Source: a virus
Lineage: Duplodnaviria > Caudoviricetes
Length of the DNA stretch: 64,000 nucleotides
Virus record (IMG/VR): IMGVR_UViG_3300028591_000012
Location: 40,298 to 104,297 of that record
Strand: one strand, 5' to 3'
Shown here: positions 20,897 through 33,081 of the stretch, one piece after another
Layout of the letters: each line of letters opens with the position of its first letter
Position numbering within the stretch: position 1 is the stretch's first letter
Made by a program: the position numbers and the translations under genes
Notes under the pieces: generated by a model
What the model was told of the DNA's origin: nothing
Databases searched by the model: none
Seen by the model: only the letters and a program-made list of their open reading frames with translations

Positions 20897-21436
20897 TTAA
20901 ATTATGTTTATTTGACAGGAAGCCATTACGTCTAAAGCGTGTTCGTGTTTTTCTTTTGTAAGTCCGGCACAACCGTCTTTGAATACATAGATTTCAGAAT
21001 TAGGACAGGCAGCTTTAATAATAAGGGCATTAGATATTACACAGATGTCTGTGCAAGTGCCACAGAGATAAATTTCTTCTTCTTCATCAAGAATAATGTC
21101 TTCCCAACCTACAATATTGGCATTTCTTTCAAAGTAACCATCAAATAAACCAAACTGATTTTTATAAAAAACATACTCTTCTTTTGTGGGTTTAAGTTCA
21201 TCAACAATTTCCCAGCCTTCTGTATCTTTAATACAGTGAGGTACAGGAAGATGTTTGCCTTCTAAGGTGTTGAGATAGTTCTCAAAATGAGTATCTTTTG
21301 TGTAGATTACCCTGCCTTCTTTTCTAAACTCAGCTATCTTTTCCTTAATAAAAGGAATAATCTTCTGAGCTTCAGGATTTGCCAAAGCACCTGTTACAAA
21401 GTCGTTCTGCATATCAATTACTACAAGTGTTTTCAT
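20897..21436 (-). CDS. Nicotinamidase/isochorismatase-family cysteine hydrolase (PncA-like)
   Basis: VVIDMQNDF, KDTH, PHC, GTCTDICV. Confidence 0.9.
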   Translation of the reverse strand: MKTLVVIDMQNDFVTGALANPEAQKIIPFIKEKIAEFRKEGRVIYTKDTHFENYLNTLEGKHLPVPHCIKDTEGWEIVDELKPTKEEYVFYKNQFGLFDGYFERNANIVGWEDIILDEEEEIYLCGTCTDICVISNALIIKAACPNSEIYVFKDGCAGLTKEKHEHALDVMASCQINII

Positions 21437-22879
21437 TCAATTCTCCTTAATATAATTCTAAACTTGAGCTTGCCTTAGTTTTCATTCCAGTGCCTGTTAT
21501 TTTAGTAATAACTTTTACGCCACACACCACGTCTTCGTTATATCTGATTTCCCACTTGTATCCACCGATAACACCTTGATATTCAGCTATGGTAAAGCCG
21601 GCCCAGCATCCAAACGGAATATGATTTTTCTTACAGTATTCCTTACATTTCTTTATCATATATGAGTCGACTTTCTTCTGAAGCTTCTCCATAAATGTTT
21701 TAAGTTTATGTTCAGTAAAATCTTCAAACTTTAATCCCTCTAAAATCTTATCAAACTCAGACTTTTTCCATTCTACAGAAATATTGCCGCAGCGAGGTTC
21801 AGAAGGACAGTAAGTAGGCATTTCTTTTTCAGGAACATTTAATTCAACATCTAATTTGTCAGAGATTACTTTCGATAGAGGATTTCCGTTTACCATCAAA
21901 TCGTATCTGCTGATTGGATGTATATCACTTAGACCTTTCATTTACTCTCCTTTTGGTAGGATTTTTTCTTTTTCTATCCAAGCAACATGCTGATTAGTGT
22001 CATTATCAAAGTAATACCATTGACTAAAAACAGGATGCTTAAAACCTTCGTTTTCAAAATATATGGCTTCAAATAAATCATTGTCCTCTGTAAGAAGTAA
22101 TACACGTGCATTGTTTTCAGGCATTTCACCCTTTGACGGATAGTGCCATTCATCTTTATGTTTATGACATAAACCGCTGCATCCGTGTTTAATTTTTGCC
22201 TTTATCTCAGGGTACTGAACAGAGAATACATTATCAATCCAATCCTGGATTTCAAAATCAGCAAGCGTTTCATCGAGTTCTAATTCAACTATATTCATTC
22301 AATTCCTCCATAATTCACTCTCTCTAATTTACGAGAATCGATTAATTTTCCGTTTCTGTATGTATCTAATCTCTATACATACATTTGTTTGAATAACATT
22401 TTCATACGACAGATTGTCATAATTTCACCTTCAGAATCATAACCAACATAAGTTCTTACAAAATGAAGTAAAATCCATTTCCATAAAGGAATGATAAATG
22501 AAACAAGTCTTTTATTCTGCATCCAGTTCTTCCTTCGTTTTAAGAGATAAATAAGGGCAGTGAATACTAAATCTAACGTTACTGTTTGCCAGTTCATTTA
22601 TTAATTTCTGATAACCGTCTTTATTAAGACATACATCTTTATGTTTACATTCGTCACATCTGTCATCAATTGCTCTATATTTAGGAGCGTTGTTATTATA
22701 CTTTGGTTGTTCTTGGTTTTTACACAAAAGAGAAACGTCTGTAACCATATCAACAAATTCTGGTATTTCCTGTTTAATATTAATCTCTAATTTATTTTCT
22801 ACAGTCTGCTCATATTTTTCTCTATTTTTACAAACCCAATAATGTATACATTGTTCTTTACAATCACTTATTACACCCA

Positions 22880-23338
22880 TTATGCAATCTCCTTGTACCT
22901 TTTATTAAAACAATATTTCTGCTGATTAAAAAACTTATGGCATAAAATATAATTTACAAGTATTATTATTTCGCCTTGCAAATCTCTATCAGGCTTATCC
23001 TCCCATACATTACCACAAGGGTATTTGATTATCTTAAACTTTTTATTAATGTAATAAATCAATCCCCAATTATCTGGCACTTCTTCCTTCTTAATAAAAT
23101 CACCGTAACACACATAGAAGTATCTGCATCCAGCTTTCTTGTGGTCGGCTTGTCTGCACTTCTTTTTGAAATCAGCAAGGAAATCTGAACGACTCATTTT
23201 AATTTCGTATATAGTACTTCTACCAGAACTATTCCAAGTAATAACATCTGGATTTTCCCACTTTCCTTTTACTTCCCATAAAGCAAAGGTCTGCACAAAT
23301 TTTCTGGCAGTTGCTTCGCATAATTCTTCGTGGGTCAT
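22880..23338 (-). CDS. PD-(D/E)XK nuclease (MmcB-like)
   Basis: ENPDVI...IYEIKMSRSDFLAD...WGLIY. Confidence 0.7.
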   Translation of the reverse strand: MTHEELCEATARKFVQTFALWEVKGKWENPDVITWNSSGRSTIYEIKMSRSDFLADFKKKCRQADHKKAGCRYFYVCYGDFIKKEEVPDNWGLIYYINKKFKIIKYPCGNVWEDKPDRDLQGEIIILVNYILCHKFFNQQKYCFNKRYKEIA

Positions 23339-23704
23339 TTATTCAATCTCCTTTGGAAGTACAATTTCTTTCCAAGCGATAGAATCACTTATTGCATTAC
23401 TGTAAGCCATATTATCTAATGCAATAAATCGCTTACCATTCCAATAACAAACTGTAGGAATGTGAAAACTATACTTTTTATAAAAATCGTGAAGGTTAGA
23501 ATCCCAAGTATAAACTCTAACCAAATATAAAGAATCTGTATCTTTCGGTAAGTCATTCGGATTCTTTCTCAAATCGTGCCATTCATTAGCCTTGTTATAT
23601 CCGTCATTAAATCCGTCTTTATAGATTTCCAATTCTGGTTTCATCTCATATCCTAAAGGCTTTTTCTTAAATAGTTCTTCTGCAAATTTTTCTTCTTCTG
23701 ACAT
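23339..23704 (-). CDS. DUF551-like phage protein (paralog of 28563-28916 and 21942-22298)
   Basis: YNKANEWH...LP...AWKEIVLP; likely start MSEEEK at 23704. Confidence 0.55.
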   Translation of the reverse strand: MSEEEKFAEELFKKKPLGYEMKPELEIYKDGFNDGYNKANEWHDLRKNPNDLPKDTDSLYLVRVYTWDSNLHDFYKKYSFHIPTVCYWNGKRFIALDNMAYSNAISDSIAWKEIVLPKEIE

Positions 23705-24763
23705 AGTTACTCCTCCAGACCTAACATTTTGTCGTAAACTCCCATTGTTTCTAAAATTGATTTGAGTGCTCCACATAAAGCATGAATAGAAATAATACAC
23801 CACAATAGACCCAAAAACAGGATAAGACATATTATTGATAAAATAATTACTGCTTTCATAGCTACTCCCACTCAATTCTTAATTTGTCATAATAAAATAT
23901 ACCAGAGAATGTAAATTCTCCTCTCTCTAATTTACATTTGAACCCTTCAGCTTCTAATTTTTTGGCAACAAGCCACAAAGCAAAATAATCACCATTAGAA
24001 CAATGCCTTTCTATGTAGCAATAATTACTTGTTGCATTTTCAATTGTTAATTTAGCAAAATACATCAAACGTTTATATTTGGCTCTCGTTTCTCTCTTCC
24101 AATTCTTTCTTGTGCGTTTTCGTAATTTTTCTATATTCATTTATTTACTCTCCTTTTCTACAAATATATAATCTTCTTCCGGCTTATAGCCTTCGGGCCA
24201 TTCAAGTTCATTTACATTTACAAGATATCCAAGTCCACCAATCTTGCCGCACAAAACCCAGTTTACTGACTCAGTATGATTATTGTATTCGCTTTGATGA
24301 TGAACACAATAATTGTATGCTGCAGGATTATGAAATGCAGAAGCCTGCCAATCTTCTCCTGCAATTTTCTTCCACCAATCTTCAATTACAATAGAATTAC
24401 CTTTTAAGTAACCCTTTATAATTTTTAATTCTTTATTTGCAAGTGAAGATGATTTTAATTCTCTTTCAATAAAACCGTGAGTACGTCTATACTCTTCTTC
24501 ATATGCTTTCTGATTACCAAAGTAAATCTTAGCAAAATCTACTTTAGATATTCCAAAGAGTTCAATTTCACCGTTCATTATCTGGTTATAATATCCAAGC
24601 ATTTTCTCTCTAATTTCGAATTCTTCCAGCAGTTTAAACTTTCTGATTTTTTCTATTTCTTCAGGTATTTCAGAAGAATCCGGCATAAGAATTGCTGCAA
24701 CCTTACCAAACATTCCATTAAACATAGAACCCATACTTTCAAACACTTTCAACCTCCTTAATG

Positions 24764-25780
24764 TTAAAAAATGTCATATTCATTCAAATCATCTTTATTT
24801 TCAGCAAACAATGCCTGTTCCACAAGATTTTCAGTTGTCAAGTTTTCTTTTACAACTGGCTTAATATTATCAAAAGAAAGCTCCTGAACTTCTTCTTTTT
24901 GCAGGTTTTCTACAGAATCCTTAGTTTTATCTGTAATCTCTTCTGACATTTCATTTATAAGTCCGAGTTCAATAAAAGCTTCCTGTATTTCTCTTGGGTA
25001 CAACTCGTGAGCCGTATCATAAGCGTTTTTAATTCTCTTTGCTGTGTGAGGGAATAAGAGTATAAACTTCTTCCAGCCACCTTTTGCGTGAATAATCTCC
25101 ATATGCTCTTCTTCCGTAAGCATTATCCAGTTCCAGGAGCAATCACGATATTCAGGGTGAGCCGATTTCGTCATTATATGGTGCAGCTGCAAATTTTCCA
25201 CATCTACGCCGCTTGCAAATGAAAAGTGATTTCTTTTTCTCCATTCTTCTTCAGAAAGCATATTACCCTGTTTATCATAATCAAAGTAATTGCCTTTTCC
25301 ATAACCGTTTTCAGCCTGAAATTCTTCAAAGATTTCTTTTAACTCAATCTGCTGAGTATCTATAAGAGGGTTTCCAGCATATTCATAAATATCAGCAATG
25401 ATAGAGCCAATAAATGAAGCTGCCTGAGGTTTTGACATTCTTGAAAGAGGTATAGGGGCAAGATCATCTGAACCCTCTTCTACAGGTTCACGTTCCGCAT
25501 ATCTCCATAAAAGTTTCGAATATTCAAAAGCCTGTTCTGTATCAGTAGGTTTTCTGTGATGTTGAATTTCAAATCTTAAATCTATGAGAGCAAAAATTGT
25601 CTTTACCTGGTCGTAAGACTTATCGCCTTTTAACAGGTCAACTGTAACCGTAACATATTTATCTTTTACGTTCTCAGAAAAAGTATCTAAGATAACTCTG
25701 TCTGCTTTTGTAGCAGGTAATAACAGATATGAGCCATTTTCAAACTTATGAGGGATTGCCTTAAAAGATATTTTACTCAA
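24764..25780 (-). CDS. Phage protein with NinB-like N-part and HNH-like C-part
   Basis: LSRMSKPQAASFI and LQLHHI...WNWIMLTEEEH. Confidence 0.35.
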   Translation of the reverse strand: MSKISFKAIPHKFENGSYLLLPATKADRVILDTFSENVKDKYVTVTVDLLKGDKSYDQVKTIFALIDLRFEIQHHRKPTDTEQAFEYSKLLWRYAEREPVEEGSDDLAPIPLSRMSKPQAASFIGSIIADIYEYAGNPLIDTQQIELKEIFEEFQAENGYGKGNYFDYDKQGNMLSEEEWRKRNHFSFASGVDVENLQLHHIMTKSAHPEYRDCSWNWIMLTEEEHMEIIHAKGGWKKFILLFPHTAKRIKNAYDTAHELYPREIQEAFIELGLINEMSEEITDKTKDSVENLQKEEVQELSFDNIKPVVKENLTTENLVEQALFAENKDDLNEYDIF

Positions 25781-25876
25781 TTTCTACCACCTGAATATAA
25801 TAATAACATACTGTAAGTATTTTGTAAACAAAAATAATATAGTAGTAGTATATTACATCTTGCATTTATAAAATAA

Positions 25877-26188
25877 TTGACATATAATTTAGATATGAGA
25901 AATGAAATTAAAAAGACAGAGAAGACTGGTAAAGTTATTAGTCTTTACCCTTCTACTTATGATTTAGTTATTAAGAATAAGGGTGACTTACAGATTGCTA
26001 CATTCATAGACGAGGCTGTAAGACACTATATCAAGACTATTGATGACTCTTCGGATATGAATAAGATTTTGAAGAATATTGAGGAAATCAGAGATGCCGT
26101 AAGAACTAACCTTGGTCTGAGCTGCGAAGTATTAAAACAGGCAGGGATATTAAACGGCAACGGTGAAATACAGTTTAAGAAAGGTTAA
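25877..26188 (+). CDS. Ribbon-helix-helix-like regulator
   Basis: KVISLYPSTYDLV...IATFIDEAVRHY; isolated + strand gene with its own AT-rich promoter region. Confidence 0.45.
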   Translation: MTYNLDMRNEIKKTEKTGKVISLYPSTYDLVIKNKGDLQIATFIDEAVRHYIKTIDDSSDMNKILKNIEEIRDAVRTNLGLSCEVLKQAGILNGNGEIQFKKG

Positions 26189-28274
26189 TTTGCTTCCCAG
26201 GCACTAAAGTACCTCTCGTTACTTTAGTGCTTTTCCTTATATTTGATTCCTAAGTCAAAAGCCTTGCGGAGCATAACAAACATTTCGTTTGAGATTTCGT
26301 GTTTCTTTCTCAACTTGTCTACGAAGTTACAGAAAGCATAATTCTGCTCAATAGCTTCATTTTCCTTGATAGCTTTCTTGTACTGTGATTCAGAAACTTC
26401 TACTGGAATCTGACCTTCACCTTTACAGTCGTTACAAGTCTTATCAAGAATCTTTCCTGTTCCTTTGCAGAACTTACAATCTATATAAACTAATCTCATA
26501 TAATACACCTCATTTATTTATCGGCAGGTTCTTCTTTCCAAAATATTCTTTTTATAAATGATATACCCACCTCTTACAGAGTTTTCACTACAAGAATAAG
26601 ACTGTGCGAGAATAAGATAATCAGCAGATTCTTCAAGAAGGAATCCAACTGTTTCAATCGGCTTGATTTCGTCTTTAAGTTTCTTTACATCTTCAACATC
26701 CTGCCACCTGTCTGCAAGTAATGAATAACCAGAATCAATCCATTTTACATATACAATATTGTTTGTCATTTACTTTTCCTCCTCCTTTTTTTTCATCGGA
26801 CAAGGGAAAATATGGTGACAATTTGCTGTACAGTAATATTTTGCTATATTGTCACCTTCAAGTTGCTTGTACTTTAAGTATTCACAGCTTCTACAAGGCT
26901 CTAATTCTGGTAAATACTTTTCATTCATTTCAAGCAATCCTCCGTTATTCTTATTTTATGTAAACTGTCATAATCATCAAAATTATTCCAGTTCACTAAA
27001 ACTCTGTCGGTCAAGTCTACTTCTCCGTTATGGTCGTAAAACTTACCCTTAATCTTTGTTACAAAGTGACCGTAGATTACATCGTAGAAGATTTCACCGC
27101 CGAACCTAGATTGCAAGATAACTGCAAAGTAATAGCAGTTACCACAAGTCCAATTAGAATCATCGGGAAATCTGCGATGTATAAACTCGGTCACTTCGTT
27201 CATTCAGTAATACCGCAGGGAGTACCGTCTAAGAAAGTGTAATTATCAAACAATTCTTGCAATCCAATTCGATTTATTTCACCGCCTAGTGTTACACCAT
27301 ACGGAGCATATTCCACAATTAAGGAATCACGTTCAGTATCTTTTTCTCTTACCCATACAGCAGGCTTATACAATGACGAAAAATAAATATCACATCCGAC
27401 TGCTGATTTATATTTTTTCTGATAATGCTCAATCAGTTCATTACAATCTTTAAACGGTTGAGTTTGTTCTTCTCTTTCGTATTTGTCAGAATCTATATAA
27501 TCACAACAAGGTTCATCAACTGATTCAAGACTTATGTATTTGCAACCTTTACAGTTACAAGAATGGTCTGCATCTTCTGGTTTGATACGAAATGAATGAT
27601 TGTTCACAAAACTAATAGGCATATCACAATCAACCCATTCTCCGTCAAGATTCAAGTGCTGTATTGTTTTTCCTTCTCCGTATGCTTTAATAACTTCTAT
27701 TCCGTGAGTTTCAATTATCTCACAGATTTCTTTCGCTTGTTCTCTATTCATTTATTCATTCTCCTTTATTTTTTTTTGATTAACTCTATTATTTCTATAA
27801 TTTTGCAAACTACCCAAATACCTACAACTACATCAAGGATTATCATTATCATTTTTTTTCTATCTCCTTAATATATTTCCATAATGTCAAAATCATCTGC
27901 TTCTTCTGGATATTCGTTACACAATCTACAAAGTTCTGTTACAGCCTTATAATGTTCACTCCATATAGACCAAATATTTTTTGTCTTTTTATTATAGACA
28001 GCAGAACCGTGGTGTAAAAAATCCAACTTCTGCTTAATAGCTAATAAAATCAATTCAGTAAATTTACTCATTTTCTATTCACTCTCCTTCAAAAAGTTTA
28101 TTGCCTTTTCTTTTACATATTCATCAGGATTGTCTAACAGTTCTTGAATGATTGTTTTTGCACACTCAAGCTGTTCTTCAACGCTCTTTGTTTTGGCTTT
28201 TTCGTTTTCTTCTGCAAGAGCCATACTTGCACCTATTCCCCATAGTAAAGCACCTAACATTTATTTACTCTCCT

Positions 28275-28525
28275 TACCATTTAATTTCTAAAACATCATT
28301 AAAACTTCCACAGAAGTCCTATAACAATAAACATTCAAAACCTTTTCTTTCCAACTTCTTTTTTATCAACCAAGTAATAAACCTGTATTCTTCTTTAAAC
28401 TCAACTGAACATCGTCTTTCACGAGCGTTTTCAATCGCAAGTTCCGTAGAATCTTTTAACAATTTATATTTTCTTCTTATCCACTTTTTATAATTTTTTC
28501 GTGTTTGTTTTCGTAATTTTTCCAA
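28275..28525 (-). pseudogene. Degraded paralog of 23862-24140
   Basis: EKLRKQTRKN match to the paralog; in-frame TAG at 28319-28321 followed by DFCGSFNDVLEIKW, aligning to the paralog C-terminus; apparent homopolymer frameshift upstream. Confidence 0.55.
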
Positions 28526-28562
28526 ATAGATTTGTTTTTTTTATTTCTTCTAAATCACTTAT

Positions 28563-28916
28563 TTATTCACTCTCCTTTGGAAGTTCTGGAAGTACAATTT
28601 CTTTCCAAGCGTAAGGTTTCCGTACTTGGCAACATCTACTGTCGTGATAAACACTGTTATAATACCAAGCAACATAAATCCTTCCACCTCTTACACAGAG
28701 TAGTGGTACATCTTCGGGTGGTAATTCATCTTTCTCATAATGCCATTCATTAGCCTTGTTATAGCCGTATTCAACTGCTTTACGAAGATACTTTTCAAAC
28801 TGTGAAGGAATAGAACCGTGAGCCGATTCATAATACTTCGCCATACCTTGTACATATCCTTCTGCTTCCTGTTTTAATTGTTCTTCTTTAGTCATTTTTA
28901 TCTCCCTAAAACTCAA
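28563..28916 (-). CDS. DUF551-like phage protein
   Basis: YNKANEWHYEKDELPP...AWKEIVLP. Confidence 0.55.
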   Translation of the reverse strand: MSFREIKMTKEEQLKQEAEGYVQGMAKYYESAHGSIPSQFEKYLRKAVEYGYNKANEWHYEKDELPPEDVPLLCVRGGRIYVAWYYNSVYHDSRCCQVRKPYAWKEIVLPELPKESE

Positions 28917-29598
28917 TTCCGTGTGCCTGCTTAAACCTGTCTACGCAGTCCATTCCGCAGTTATCAACATCATCATCTTCTTCACTGTAACCCCAGAACT
29001 CCCAATCTTCATCACGCAGATATTCTTCAACCTTTGCTTCAATTTCTTCTGCTTCAATCGGCTCGTCATTATCTACGTAATGTGCATTACTAATATCAAT
29101 ATCAGCAATATCACCCTCACTATCCAAGTCTGCGTATAAATCCATTTCAACATCACGGTCATTAAATACAATGCTATACTTTCCTTCATACTCACCTTTC
29201 ATTTACCATTCCTCCATAATTCCTTTGATTGTTGCTTCATAAGTCTGTTCATATTTGAGCAGGCTTTGTACCGTTTCATTTTTATATTCAGCAAGCTCTT
29301 TAGAAGTTCTGTCACTGTACACTTCTACGAACTTCTCTAAATCCTGCTTATAAGTTTTGACTGTTTCGTGTAACTGTTCAACTTCTGCTGTGGATTCGTT
29401 GTAACTGTCTTTAAGTTGGCAGTAAGCAAAGGTCAAAACAAGAATCCAAGCTGTAAGGATAAAAAAACTAAAACTAATCGCTTTCATTTTTCTTTCTCCA
29501 TTCCAGTATCATTTTTTTACAGGAATCACAAACATACTTCTCGTGAGGTAGCAACTCACATTTACACTCACAACAAGTTTTAATCTTGATATTTTCCA

Positions 29599-30465
29599 TC
29601 AGCTCTCCTTTACAATTTCAGCTTCTGCGTCTATTCCACTGATTTCCCTAAAAATCTCATTATTCCAGTTAGGCAGTTTAAGTAGTTTTTTGTGTTCTTC
29701 TTTATCAGCTTTATCCCAAGCTAATCTAAACGCATCTTTATATTCAAGTTTTTTCAAGAAACCACCGCAAGTTTCAATTTCTGTTTTATGGACTTCTTTT
29801 TCTTCATCCGTTGCTGTATCGTGAGATACCCATATTGTTAAATCGAAATACAAAAAAGAAGGGAAATCAATTTCATCTATTGTTTTATCAGTTTCTTTAT
29901 TGAAAATACGAATAAGAGGTGAATTAGTGTTAAAATAACCGCTGTTCCAATCACCGCTGTTCCAATCACCGCTGTTCCAATTACCGCTGTTCCAATTACC
30001 GCTGTTCCAATCACCGCTGTTCCAATTACCGCTGTTACAATCACCGCTGTTCCAATCACCGCTGTTCCAATTACCGCTGTTCCAATCACCGCTGTTCCAA
30101 TTACCGCTGTTACGATTACCGCTGTTACGATTACCGCTGTTCCAATCACCGCTGTTCCAATCACCGCTGTTTATCAATTCTTTCTTTTCATCGCCTTTTA
30201 TTTCTCGCAGAATCTTAATTTTATTCGTGCAATATTTGTCACCATCTTTTACATAATCTCCTGCAATAATTTCAAACAATCTGCTTTCTGACAATTTATA
30301 ATTAGATTCTTTTTCAATTGCAAAAAGTTCTCGGCAGAAATGAAAACCTGTATCTGTACAGCATCTCAAATCTTCCTTCTTTGTGTCCTTTTTGTAAGTT
30401 TTACCAACTTCAAACTTAAAACCTCTACAACAACCATTCATATCTGTAGCTTTGTAACCAATCAT
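29599..30465 (-). CDS. Phage pentapeptide-repeat protein (NSG(D/N)(W/R/C) x16)
   Basis: GYKATD...GFKFEVGKTY...GFHFC N-terminal domain plus repeat tract. Confidence 0.8.
   Translation of the reverse strand: MIGYKATDMNGCCRGFKFEVGKTYKKDTKKEDLRCCTDTGFHFCRELFAIEKESNYKLSESRLFEIIAGDYVKDGDKYCTNKIKILREIKGDEKKELINSGDWNSGDWNSGNRNSGNRNSGNWNSGDWNSGNWNSGDWNSGDCNSGNWNSGDWNSGNWNSGNWNSGDWNSGDWNSGYFNTNSPLIRIFNKETDKTIDEIDFPSFLYFDLTIWVSHDTATDEEKEVHKTEIETCGGFLKKLEYKDAFRLAWDKADKEEHKKLLKLPNWNNEIFREISGIDAEAEIVKES
29938..30171. repeat. 15-bp tandem repeat, 16 units, coding
   Basis: ACCGCTGTT recurs every 15 bp from 29938 to 30163. Confidence 0.95.
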
Positions 30466-31174
30466 TTAATTACTCCTTACTTCCTAAAATTACCTTATCA
30501 TCAACAACCATTACCTTGCCGATTTCCTTTATCTCAAATCCTGTTACGTGCAGGACTTCCGCTTGTCCTAGCCCTTCTTCGTGAGAAAGGACTAACAATC
30601 TGTCACTTAATTCCTGTACTGTCATTTTTGAACCTCACTTTCAATCTGACACTTTAATTTTTCAAGACACGCAGAACACAAATGAACTGCAAGAGGTATG
30701 TAATCTTCTCTAATCACAAAGGTTACTTCGTAGACATTATTTCCACTCATACAGCTTAAACAAGTCCTGCGTTTACCAGCTTTTGTAATCTTAATCATTA
30801 TCTAACTCCTTGAAACAGTCTGGTACTATATCAGGCCACCAAGACAGTCTGAAGCAGTTAATATCTTTTACAAGCGGATGTTCAGCTTTCAATTGTTCTA
30901 AGGTCTTAGAAGGCTCTGCTTTCTTGGTTTCAAGTTTTTCCCTTCTGTCTTTCTGATAATTGGCCCACTCCATAAATTCTTTGTAAGCTACATAATCCCA
31001 GATACCTTCACGTGATACATTAGTTGGCCGGTAACTTGCCTTAAAGCCAAGCTTAGCCATAATTCCTCTTACACCCTCTTTTGAATATCCGCTTAATAAA
31101 GCAATATCCTCTGTCGTAAACACTCTTTCTGCCGGAGGCTTTGTTCCGAAACTTGAATCATTTATCTGCATAAA

Positions 31175-32050
31175 CTACTCCTTCCAAACTTTTCCAAGAT
31201 TTTGATTTTTCCTTTCATCAGGAGCTGATATAACTACGAAAGTAGAGTCCTGTCTAAGTCTGCTTAAAATGTCATTGTCTATGAAGTTTTCAAAACATTT
31301 GTTGCAGCCACCTTCCTTACAGTCACTCTTAAAGTGACCGTTTGTCATAAGCATAAAAGGAAGGTTTCTCGTGTGTCGTTTATCTAAAATATAAGAAAGC
31401 CAGTTTAGCTCTGTTTCACTTCCTTTTGTTCTCCCCAATTCATCAATCGCCAGGAAAGGAACAGATGCAAGTTCTTTTACAATATCAAGCTCACTTCTGT
31501 CTGCTTTTACCGTATAAGACTGTCGGATCATCGTACTTATTTCATACATTGAGTAGATTCTGCCATCAAGCTTCTTTACAGCTATGCTTGCAAGCATTGT
31601 TTTTCCGATTCCATTTGGTCCCATTAAAACGACCTTTCCGTGTTTTTCTTCGACCATTTTCATTACAGCTTTCTTTGCCCTTTCCTGTGTTGTAGATTTA
31701 GGAACATAATCATCAAACTCACAGTCATAATATTCCGGCTCAATATTTAGATAAGCGTAATGGTTATGAAGCTTCTGCCTTTCAATATCTGCTCTGATTT
31801 TTTCCTCCTGTTCTTCTTTACAAGCATAACAAGTAAACTCTCGATTTCTTTCGTCAAGATAAATTGTAGTAAAACCTTTTTGTAATCCGTGCTTTTCACA
31901 AATCTGTTCATCTTCAATTATGTTTTTAATACCCTGCTTTCTATACTCTTCGTATCCTAAAGGATCATCACTACAACATTCAGATGGTTCATCTAAGCAC
32001 TTAAATCTTATACACTCAGGTATCTCTTGTGTTGTGTGTATCTCGTTCAT
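31175..32050 (-). CDS. DnaC/IstB-like ATPase (helicase loader)
   Basis: Walker A GPNGIGKT, Walker B LAIDELG, ILSRL. Confidence 0.9.
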   Translation of the reverse strand: MNEIHTTQEIPECIRFKCLDEPSECCSDDPLGYEEYRKQGIKNIIEDEQICEKHGLQKGFTTIYLDERNREFTCYACKEEQEEKIRADIERQKLHNHYAYLNIEPEYYDCEFDDYVPKSTTQERAKKAVMKMVEEKHGKVVLMGPNGIGKTMLASIAVKKLDGRIYSMYEISTMIRQSYTVKADRSELDIVKELASVPFLAIDELGRTKGSETELNWLSYILDKRHTRNLPFMLMTNGHFKSDCKEGGCNKCFENFIDNDILSRLRQDSTFVVISAPDERKNQNLGKVWKE

Positions 32051-33069
32051 AAAGCCTCCTCGTATACAGCCATATCACTTAAATCAATTTTATCTTCAAG
32101 TGATTTTTTGTTTGAAAAATTATTCTGTTTCTGCGCGGTGTTTTTATATGCAGCATTTTTGTAAGTTTTATTTATTAAGTTAGGTAATTCGTTAGGACCA
32201 AATATTTTTATGAAAGGATATTTTTCATTTATTGCAAGCCATTCGTGATTTATAGACTCTTCAACAGCTTTCACGACATTATCAACTCCGAAGTTCTCAA
32301 AAGCAGATTTAATTATCTTCTTCGCATAGACAGGTAATACAGGATGTTCATTCTCAATTACACCTTTATCATATAGTGTCTTGCAATTAGCAAAATAAGC
32401 ATTGAAAACCCTTGTGTAATCCTCGTTCTTAAACGACTTTTTCTGTTTCGCATTAGTTGCGGCTTCGTCGCAACAATGAGAATTAGATGTTGTTTGTATA
32501 TTTGTATGTGTATTAGTTGTATTTGTCTCACGTTCTGATGTGGATACCTGTCCCGAAATTTCGTGATAGGTATCACAATTTTGTGATTTTTCATCTTCTT
32601 TAAGTTCTTCTGAATCGTTATTAGTTATATTATTAACTTCGCTAGAAAACTCTTTTATCTTTGAAGGAATCAATTCAATATAAAGAACGTTTGAACATTT
32701 AACACCGTTTACATCAATGGTCTTAAACACTTTTTTTAATAAACCTAATGTTTGAAGAAATGTGATTACATCTGTTGCCTGTCTTTTAGATATTCCAAAC
32801 TTTGCTGCAATATCTGCATAACTTCTTTGTAGAAGTTCATCTCTGAATTTTTTCTTATAACCTATTACCATACCTGATTTCTCATCACGTACTTCTGTCC
32901 ATTTATACCAATACATCAAGTCCCATAGAATTAATATTGCAACAGCGTGAGGTTGATTTTTCATTCGTATAGTCTTATACCAGGCCTCTGGTATAGAGTT
33001 GATGTGTAATTTTGATATTTCGTCAACAATTGTATTACCTGAAATGCTATCTTTCATTTTATTACCCAC
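32047..33069 (-). CDS. Phage replication initiator
   Basis: N-terminal winged helix (LQRSYADIAAKFGISKRQ), low-complexity linker, directly upstream of the DnaC-like gene. Confidence 0.7.
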   Translation of the reverse strand: MGNKMKDSISGNTIVDEISKLHINSIPEAWYKTIRMKNQPHAVAILILWDLMYWYKWTEVRDEKSGMVIGYKKKFRDELLQRSYADIAAKFGISKRQATDVITFLQTLGLLKKVFKTIDVNGVKCSNVLYIELIPSKIKEFSSEVNNITNNDSEELKEDEKSQNCDTYHEISGQVSTSERETNTTNTHTNIQTTSNSHCCDEAATNAKQKKSFKNEDYTRVFNAYFANCKTLYDKGVIENEHPVLPVYAKKIIKSAFENFGVDNVVKAVEESINHEWLAINEKYPFIKIFGPNELPNLINKTYKNAAYKNTAQKQNNFSNKKSLEDKIDLSDMAVYEEAL

Positions 33070-33081
33070 CCATTATTTTTT

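Noticed and set aside
28319-28321. In-frame TAG as evidence of stop-codon reassignment
   Set aside because: Many genes end cleanly at TAG before the next RBS (e.g. 10491, 11047, 12063), long ORFs are intact in the standard code, and no suppressor tRNA is seen; it is better explained as a pseudogene.
29938-30171. 15-bp tandem repeat as CRISPR or RT target; alternate-frame IGTAV ORF (29877-30164)
   Set aside because: It is an ordinary in-frame coding pentapeptide repeat with no spacers; the alternate ORF is a shadow of the repeat.
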